From: a virus
Lineage: Duplodnaviria > Caudoviricetes
IMG/VR virus record: IMGVR_UViG_2843291059_000004
Location: 70,479 to 134,478 of that record
Strand: one strand, 5' to 3'
Length of the DNA: 64,000 nt
Shown here: positions 58,315-64,000 of the stretch, in pieces
Position numbering within the stretch: the stretch's first letter is position 1
Layout: the number at the start of each line of letters is the position of its first letter
Translations under genes and position numbers: made by a program
The notes under the pieces: model-generated
Database searches by the model: none
Told to the model about the DNA's origin: nothing
Seen by the model: only the letters and a program-made list of their open reading frames with translations

Positions 58315-58536
58315 ATGGCACAGGAAATACTAAAACCCTTTATCCTCGATGAGACCGGAAAGGAGCTTACCGCAGCAATCCAGACATTTGATACGAACTG
58401 TACGACCAATACAGAATCCATCGTGACTGCATTGCAGAAAATTGCCGAGCAACTGGCCGCATTGAATAAAACGCTGACGCCTAAAAATGATACCACTGGC
58501 GGCTCTACTGCTGGAGGAGGTGGTGTTACAGAATGA
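58315..58536 (+). CDS. small coiled-coil hypothetical protein
   Basis: AAAGGAG RBS. Confidence 0.6.
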   Translation: MAQEILKPFILDETGKELTAAIQTFDTNCTTNTESIVTALQKIAEQLAALNKTLTPKNDTTGGSTAGGGGVTE

Positions 58537-59027
58537 TTGGATTGTTAAATGCTGGTCCGCACGTTTATACTTTTACCATTGAGCAGTTATGGACATCAAT
58601 CCTTGGTGTTTGTGGAGGGATCACAGCAATTGCAGCTGCCGTCGCCGTTATTCTCAGCGCAATCAAGAAGGCAAAAGAACCGGACACGAAACAGAATGCA
58701 AAGCTGGACGACCATGACAAACATCTCGAAGATGTAGACCGCAAACTCAAGAATGATCAGGAAGTTCTGGACTTATATCGTTCTAAAATTTTGTCACTGG
58801 AAGAACACCAGAAAGAACAGGACATCATTGTCGAGGAACATAGTCGTAAAATCGCTGGCGTTGAACAGCGTGTAAATCGAAGCGAACATGGAATCAATGT
58901 AATGATGAAAGCTCTGCTGGCTCTGCTCAGTCATGGTATTGACGGAAACGCAATCGACCCGATGAAAGAAGCGAAAGCTGCTCTGGAAAGCTATCTGATC
59001 GATGGACAAAGTTCAAAGAATACTTGA
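58533..59027 (+). CDS. single-TM coiled-coil lysis-module protein (holin-like)
   Basis: N-terminal TM, coiled coil, ALLSHGIDGN; lies before the holin. Confidence 0.55.
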   Translation: MIGLLNAGPHVYTFTIEQLWTSILGVCGGITAIAAAVAVILSAIKKAKEPDTKQNAKLDDHDKHLEDVDRKLKNDQEVLDLYRSKILSLEEHQKEQDIIVEEHSRKIAGVEQRVNRSEHGINVMMKALLALLSHGIDGNAIDPMKEAKAALESYLIDGQSSKNT

Positions 59028-59081
59028 TACATAACCCGGTTGGCTGTATGCCGCCGGGCTTTTATTTTGGAGGTGCTTATT

Positions 59082-59402
59082 ATGATGGAACTTGTAAATG
59101 AATTGCTTACTACCCTCGTGAAGCTGGTCGTTACTGCTGGCGGTTCTTATCTGATTGCATACGGTCTTCCCTGGCTGAAGAAGATTGGTCTGTACAAGAT
59201 GGTTCAGATCGGTGTTATGGCCGCAGAGAAGCTGGCCGAGTCTGGGGCAATCCCCAAGGTGGATAAGAACGCCAAGGCAAAAGAGATTCTCGGTATGCTT
59301 GGTATCAAGGTCACTCCTGTGATCGAAGCAATGATTGAAGCTGCCGTCAAGGAGCTGGACACTCAGGAGAACAAAGTCAAGAATGAACTGAAGAAAGACT
59401 GA
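59082..59402 (+). CDS. holin, LL-H family
   Basis: TM, V.AAEK, K..KA, IEAAVKEL motifs. Confidence 0.8.
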   Translation: MMELVNELLTTLVKLVVTAGGSYLIAYGLPWLKKIGLYKMVQIGVMAAEKLAESGAIPKVDKNAKAKEILGMLGIKVTPVIEAMIEAAVKELDTQENKVKNELKKD

Positions 59403-59413
59403 GGTGACTCCTT

Positions 59414-60064
59414 ATGGCAGTAAATACATATTCAATGAAGAAAGATTGGAATAAAAAGGTGTCGGCTCATTTTTCCGTCTATGAGTTCGCCTGTTCTGAT
59501 AAGAGTGATATGGTACTGGTTGACACCTCATTGATTGAAGTGTTGGAACAGATTCGGGCTCATTTTGGAAAGCCTGTAAAAATCAATTCGGCTTATCGCA
59601 CTCCTGCATATAACATTTCAATTGGTGGCAGCCCGCGCAGTCAACATTGCCTTGGAACTGCAGCAGACATTCGCATCGTTGGAGTTGACCCGATTCAGAT
59701 TGCGCTCTATGCGGCCTCTCTTCCCCTTTATGCTAAGCGTGGCGGTATCGGCTATTACAGCCGTGTCGGCCTGAAAGATGGGTTTGTGCATGTTGATGTC
59801 CGATCCTGGTCGTCTCGCTGGATCAGTAAGGCTGGTACTGCTTATGTGAGCGTAAGCAAAATCATGCCTACCATCAAGCAGGGAGCTAAAGACTGTGTGG
59901 GTAGAATCAGCTACGCGGTAACTGTACTACAGCGGCATCTTAGTATTACAGCGGATGGAAATTTCGGGGCTGGGACAAAAGCAAAACTGATCGAATATCA
60001 GAAAGCACATGGTCTGACTGCGGATGGAATCTGTGGGCCTGGCACATGGGGTTCATTCACTTGA
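59414..60064 (+). CDS. endolysin: peptidase M15 plus peptidoglycan-binding domain
   Basis: SAYR, SQH..G.AADI, FVHVDVR; DGNFG..T..YQ..GLTADGICGPGTW. Confidence 0.9.
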   Translation: MAVNTYSMKKDWNKKVSAHFSVYEFACSDKSDMVLVDTSLIEVLEQIRAHFGKPVKINSAYRTPAYNISIGGSPRSQHCLGTAADIRIVGVDPIQIALYAASLPLYAKRGGIGYYSRVGLKDGFVHVDVRSWSSRWISKAGTAYVSVSKIMPTIKQGAKDCVGRISYAVTVLQRHLSITADGNFGAGTKAKLIEYQKAHGLTADGICGPGTWGSFT

Positions 60065-60312
60065 TGACTATGCAACAGTTACACGCAGGAGATAAAATCA
60101 AATTAGACGGAACGCTATTTGCAAACAGCCAGACACACTGCGGAATGCGCCGCTTTGGTGAATGGTTCATCTACGATGGGAAACTCGTCAATGGGCGCTA
60201 TCGGGTGACAAATCTTGAAAGCCGCATTGGTAAGTATCCTATTTCAGTGAACGTATCTGGATATGTTGAACCTAGCGATATTAAATTAGTTGACAACGCG
60301 AATGGATATTGA
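60064..60312 (+). CDS. stand-alone SH3-like protein coupled to the endolysin
   Basis: TGATG overlap; GDKIKL..NGRYRVT..GYV..SDI. Confidence 0.55.
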   Translation: MTMQQLHAGDKIKLDGTLFANSQTHCGMRRFGEWFIYDGKLVNGRYRVTNLESRIGKYPISVNVSGYVEPSDIKLVDNANGY

Positions 60313-60450
60313 TATTATTATTCCAAGGAGAAGATACCATATCTGTTATTATTCGCGGATGCTATATCGGTGAATGTCAGTCCAAGGTTATAATTTCAAT
60401 CGTTGAAACAAGCGAATCAAAACTATAAATAGAGTGTAGGAGATTGCAAT

Positions 60451-60753
60451 ATGAATAACGAAAACAAGATTGTTGTGACTAGCTGGACGGGAAAGTCTTG
60501 GGAGATGACGCCAGAACAAATTGAAGCAGCTTACCGTTATAGAGAACTTCAGTATCGTATTGATAATGCTAAGAATCAGCTCGAATTTAATGCGGACTGG
60601 ATTGAAGAAAAATACGGTTGTTCTATTGATGAGGTTATCGGATATGTTGAAGAGTTCCTTCAGGATAATATTGAATGCAATGTGTCAGAAGATAGCTCGT
60701 GGATCAACTACTTCATGGAAATGTTTAATGGAAAGAAAGATAACAATGACTGA
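60451..60753 (+). CDS. hypothetical protein
   Basis: AGGAG RBS, 100 aa. Confidence 0.65.
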   Translation: MNNENKIVVTSWTGKSWEMTPEQIEAAYRYRELQYRIDNAKNQLEFNADWIEEKYGCSIDEVIGYVEEFLQDNIECNVSEDSSWINYFMEMFNGKKDNND

Positions 60754-60782
60754 TTGATTGGTTTACTAGACTACGAATAATA

Positions 60783-60830
60783 AAAATAGATGGGGTATTG
60801 ATCCTTAATTGGACCAGTACCCCATTTTTT
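60783..60830. terminator. bidirectional terminator where the two transcription arms converge
   Basis: A-tract, ATGGGGTATTG...CAGTACCCCAT, T-tract. Confidence 0.7.
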
Positions 60831-60940
60831 AGCATTTCTCTTCCGCCTTTAATGTTCTCTACTCCAACCATAGACTCATACATCCCACAATGAACCAACT
60901 CCTGTTGATAAAAAGCATCTGCATCAATGATTTTCCACAT
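60830..60940 (-). pseudogene. truncated paralogue of 61894..62217
   Basis: KIIDADAFYQQELVHCGMYESMVGV versus RIIDADAFYQQEWIRCGMYEPMIGV. Confidence 0.7.
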
Positions 60941-60960
60941 AGCGCCCATAAAGCCTGGCT

Positions 60961-61116
60961 TTATAAGCTCCGTAAAAATTCATACAATTCAATCTTGCCT
61001 TGTAACCAGATGGCATCGTCGCCGGATTTCAGATATACCGAATAGATTTCATCAGGATGCTCGAAGATAAATTCCACTTTCTTAGCTGTATTCCGATCAA
61101 TAAGCATACTGCCCAT
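60961..61116 (-). CDS. 51-aa hypothetical protein (MGSMLIDRNT...)
   Basis: AAGGAGG RBS; stop lies in the repeat arm. Confidence 0.6.
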   Translation of the reverse strand: MGSMLIDRNTAKKVEFIFEHPDEIYSVYLKSGDDAIWLQGKIELYEFLRSL

Positions 61117-61222
61117 AATTACATTATCCTCCTTCCTTAAAACACATGCCAGATCACTTTATTGTGCAGAGATGGCTCAATTTCAAACGCTTTACTATAA
61201 CTCAGCGTTATGCTTGAACCTT

Positions 61223-61510
61223 TTACACCTCATAATTCAAATAGCGTTTGATATCATCCTCAAGGAGCATTAACACAATTTTATCAAATGTCTCATGTGC
61301 CTTTTTATAGATAGCAATTTCAAGCGCAGATGGCTCACTCCATAAGTTCAGGTATTCAAGAGCCTTGTTGTAAGCCCCATTCTCTTTGTTGTTCCCACCA
61401 TGGTTATAATTATAAAAGTCATAGCAAAGTTCAAGAAATTCAGAGTTGCTCATTTCATTGACATATTTTAGTGCTCGCTTAGTTTTTTCTTCATCAACAA
61501 CAACCAGCAT
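61223..61510 (-). CDS. hypothetical protein
   Basis: ORF directly after a repeat and RBS. Confidence 0.65.
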   Translation of the reverse strand: MLVVVDEEKTKRALKYVNEMSNSEFLELCYDFYNYNHGGNNKENGAYNKALEYLNLWSEPSALEIAIYKKAHETFDKIVLMLLEDDIKRYLNYEV

Positions 61511-61542
61511 AATCGTTCCCTTAAATCTTAGCTTTTATCAAA

Positions 61543-61731
61543 TTACTCTTTTGCAGCGTCCAGAAGCATCTTGGCAAGTTCTTTCGCTTGTTTTACTGTA
61601 AGATGAACCTCTTGGCATTCAACGTCAACGAAAAACACGACACGATTCGTCTCTTTTTCTTTGTGGATGCTAAATTCCACAGGGCTGCCCCATTCGTCGG
61701 ATGCTTCTAAGCATTTATAGTTTAATTTCAT
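61543..61731 (-). CDS. hypothetical protein
   Basis: GGAGG RBS after a repeat. Confidence 0.65.
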   Translation of the reverse strand: MKLNYKCLEASDEWGSPVEFSIHKEKETNRVVFFVDVECQEVHLTVKQAKELAKMLLDAAKE

Positions 61732-61749
61732 TACGAACCCTCCTAAAGC

Positions 61750-61884
61750 TCAGCTTTTATCAAGCGTTATCACAGGAAACAGCCATCCTGTTTTGGGGTT
61801 TGAAAACACAGTATCATATTCAATTCTGTCAAAAGAGCCAATGATTCCACCACATTCCTTGCATCTGATGTGCTCATACCACAT
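61750..61884 (-). CDS. 44-aa CxxC protein (MWYEHIRCKECGG...)
   Basis: AGGAG RBS; stop inside the repeat core. Confidence 0.5.
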   Translation of the reverse strand: MWYEHIRCKECGGIIGSFDRIEYDTVFSNPKTGWLFPVITLDKS

Positions 61885-61893
61885 AGCTTTCTC

Positions 61894-62217
61894 CTATTTC
61901 TCCCAATAATATTCACGAATAGCATAGCTGCAAAAATCTTCAGGCTTGGTATATACGGCGTTAGAATCATCCAGAGTGAAATGAGCACAGCTGCATGATT
62001 CTCCTTGCTTATCCCATGTGTTCCAAAGGTTGCAATCCTTACAGCGAACAACTTTGATTGCATCCACCTCTGGGACTTTATTTAATCGGCTTCGCAAGGT
62101 TCTGTATAATGTCTCCTTGTTAGAATCCACTTTATCAACGCCAATCATTGGTTCATACATCCCACAGCGAATCCATTCTTGTTGATAAAAGGCATCTGCG
62201 TCAATAATTCTTCCCAT
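61894..62217 (-). CDS. phage zinc-binding hypothetical protein (IDAD..VVRCKDC..DFCS type)
   Basis: GAGGTG RBS; recognisable motif set. Confidence 0.75.
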   Translation of the reverse strand: MGRIIDADAFYQQEWIRCGMYEPMIGVDKVDSNKETLYRTLRSRLNKVPEVDAIKVVRCKDCNLWNTWDKQGESCSCAHFTLDDSNAVYTKPEDFCSYAIREYYWEK

Positions 62218-62246
62218 GGCATTTCACCTCTTTTTTATCTCAGCTT

Positions 62247-62447
62247 TTATCGGATGATGCGACGTTTTTTCGCATTGAATTCAAGCACCATCTTCTTGTA
62301 CTCCGCATAACACTCCGGGCACAGGTCGCCTGTATCTTTCCTCCAACCCCATCCATGAAGCAGAGCTCTGTTTGTATCATCTATATGAACAGTAACCCCA
62401 CAACGGTCACATTCTGTTTGCATATATCTACCATTCGCTTTTTTCAT
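62247..62447 (-). CDS. zinc-ribbon hypothetical protein
   Basis: CDRCG..DLCPEC. Confidence 0.7.
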   Translation of the reverse strand: MKKANGRYMQTECDRCGVTVHIDDTNRALLHGWGWRKDTGDLCPECYAEYKKMVLEFNAKKRRIIR

Positions 62448-62476
62448 TACAAAACCTCATTAAGTCTTAACTTTCA

Positions 62477-62725
62477 TCAGATTGAAAAATATCGTTCCGC
62501 GATTTCGTCATACAGTTCTTCTTTGGCGAGATTATAAGCAGAAACGCAATCAAATACGTTTCCGGAAACACTAAAACGCTCTCTGATTCGTTTAATCTGA
62601 ACTTTCATAGCTTCCATTCCAAAGGTAAGCACTCCATTATTCTTATCTTCTTTGATTGCTTCTACAATCTTTTCAAGTTCCTTTTTCGTACAATCATAGA
62701 ACAGGTTTTTCTCAAATATCAGCAT
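62477..62725 (-). CDS. hypothetical protein
   Basis: AGGAGG RBS. Confidence 0.65.
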   Translation of the reverse strand: MLIFEKNLFYDCTKKELEKIVEAIKEDKNNGVLTFGMEAMKVQIKRIRERFSVSGNVFDCVSAYNLAKEELYDEIAERYFSI

Positions 62726-62750
62726 ATAAAATCCTCCTACTAGAACTCAA

Positions 62751-62966
62751 TCATTTTATTTTCTCAGACAGCCATTCTTTCCAGCCACTTACGGTTTGCG
62801 GGCAATTATCCTGTTGAGCCACAATTTCATTCAATGTTGCCGCGAGTTCTTCGTCGCTCATTTCGCGGATGGCCTGTGCTTTATTGTTTCGACGCCCAAA
62901 TTCATCCTTGCTGTGTTTGTGAAGAATGAAGCCGAGTGCGATATCAAGTATCGTTGGGTTGTTCAT
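62751..62966 (-). CDS. hypothetical protein (IREMSDEELA..WL type)
   Basis: GAGGTG RBS; ATGA-coupled to the upstream gene. Confidence 0.65.
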   Translation of the reverse strand: MNNPTILDIALGFILHKHSKDEFGRRNNKAQAIREMSDEELAATLNEIVAQQDNCPQTVSGWKEWLSEKIK

Positions 62967-64000
62967 TGTTTCACCTCGTGGAATGTGATAGGCATATCTT
63001 CCGGATTGGCTGCAATCGCCATCGGAGATAGCCATTTTAAGATAAGTTTTCGTTCTTCTGGTTGCGCTTTGGGTCCTGTCCAGAAATGATGCCAGTGGCC
63101 ACGACGCATATGAGGACGCGGCGACTGATGTTCAGATTCTTTGTATTCTTTTTTCCTGGATTGTTCTTTTGCTTTCTGTTGACGAATCGCTGCTCCGACA
63201 CGAATGCCAACGTCCCACTTTCGAATTTCTGAATATTTATCCTTGACCGTTTTCCCTCTCTTTGTGATAAAAGACTGTTCAGAACTTGGCGTGATTTCTG
63301 CGTTCTGTGCAAGAATATATAATATCACTTGAAGGATTTGTTTTAGGAATATTTTTGTTTCTGCTGAATCCTGCATTGCTCTTAATGCCAGGCGCTTTAA
63401 TTCCTTATCCCCGTTTGTATTTTCAAGCGCCTGTTTATCGAGCATATCTACACTTTCTTCTATAGTCTTTGCTCCGATATGAATAGAATAGCTGAATACA
63501 TCTCCGTCGTCCGTAAGGAAAACTGGCTTTAATTCTTTATCTCCGTTGTTAACATCATACTCTAGCGTTACAAAGAATCCATGGATTTTATCTGCCTTAT
63601 AATATGTGTTTGGGAGTTCCACATAAAAGCATGGATACGGAAGCTGTAATAATATTTCGTCAGGAACATCAAGTTCTCCATCCTGCTCAAACAAAAGATT
63701 TTTCAGATCTTCGTCGATAACGTAGACCTCTTTACTTAGTCTCCACGGAGCTATTGCAAAGATTGCTTGAGCCACAGATGTCATTCCCATTCTTATATCA
63801 ATAGGAAGTTTGTTTAGGTCATATCCTTTAGATGCAACTGCTAATGCAGCACTCATAGGAGCATAACACCAATCAGGCCACGATCCAAGTTGTGGAGATC
63901 CATTTTCACTATGAAACATCTCCATCTGCTCCCAAGCCTTGGGATATTGTTCTGATATTTTCTTTAGTACAAAAAGAGGAAGATAGATTTCTTTTTTCAT
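62963..64000 (-). CDS. AcrVA2/FinQ-like protein (candidate anti-CRISPR)
   Basis: WPDWCYAP, APWR..K.VY, LPYPC.YV and C-terminal PRPHMRRGHWH motif. Confidence 0.65.
   Translation of the reverse strand: MKKEIYLPLFVLKKISEQYPKAWEQMEMFHSENGSPQLGSWPDWCYAPMSAALAVASKGYDLNKLPIDIRMGMTSVAQAIFAIAPWRLSKEVYVIDEDLKNLLFEQDGELDVPDEILLQLPYPCFYVELPNTYYKADKIHGFFVTLEYDVNNGDKELKPVFLTDDGDVFSYSIHIGAKTIEESVDMLDKQALENTNGDKELKRLALRAMQDSAETKIFLKQILQVILYILAQNAEITPSSEQSFITKRGKTVKDKYSEIRKWDVGIRVGAAIRQQKAKEQSRKKEYKESEHQSPRPHMRRGHWHHFWTGPKAQPEERKLILKWLSPMAIAANPEDMPITFHEVKQ

Larger units (their letters stand above)
60949..62759 (-). repeat. dispersed ~18-bp intergenic repeat, minus-strand consensus GATAAAAGCTRAGHTTTA
   Basis: Copies at 61522-39, 61744-61, 62234-51, 62461-78; degenerate copies at 60949-65, 61196-212, 62741-59. 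Confidence 0.75.

Noticed and set aside
60949-62759. CRISPR array
   Set aside because: Repeats are short, degenerate and separated by whole genes; no cas genes.

Overview
A 64-kb segment of a large SPbeta-like siphovirus or prophage of a Clostridia host. An Oscillospiraceae/Faecalibacterium-type host is only an inference from codon and RBS style. The standard genetic code is used. On the + strand: a YonO-type single-subunit RNA polymerase, ClpP, PhoH, YonK- and YonJ-like genes, and a 1.4-kb cluster of mostly aberrant tRNAs and structured RNAs. These are followed by the complete morphogenesis module (terminase, portal, protease/scaffold, capsid, neck, tail tube, a tyrosine recombinase, tape measure, baseplate and fibres) and the lysis genes. 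On the - strand at the right end: small accessory genes separated by a repeated ~18-bp site, and an AcrVA2-like gene. Three essential virion genes are each split by a group I intron. (1) The terminase intron (395 nt) cannot restore the frame with both canonical splice sites. (2) The capsid intron (1584 nt) carries a Zn-ribbon/PD-(D/E)XK homing endonuclease. (3) The standout is a 4803-nt intron in the tape-measure gene (28148..32950). Its boundaries are fixed by a P1 U.G pair, a perfect 11-bp P10 and a long-range closing stem. It has no recognisable homing endonuclease. Instead it carries about 9 accessory genes on both strands, several with their own sigma-A promoters and terminators. These include a type I toxin-antitoxin-like pair and one intact plus two decayed copies of a Zn-ribbon gene. 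It looks like a self-splicing 'cargo bay' that accumulates genes inside an essential gene.
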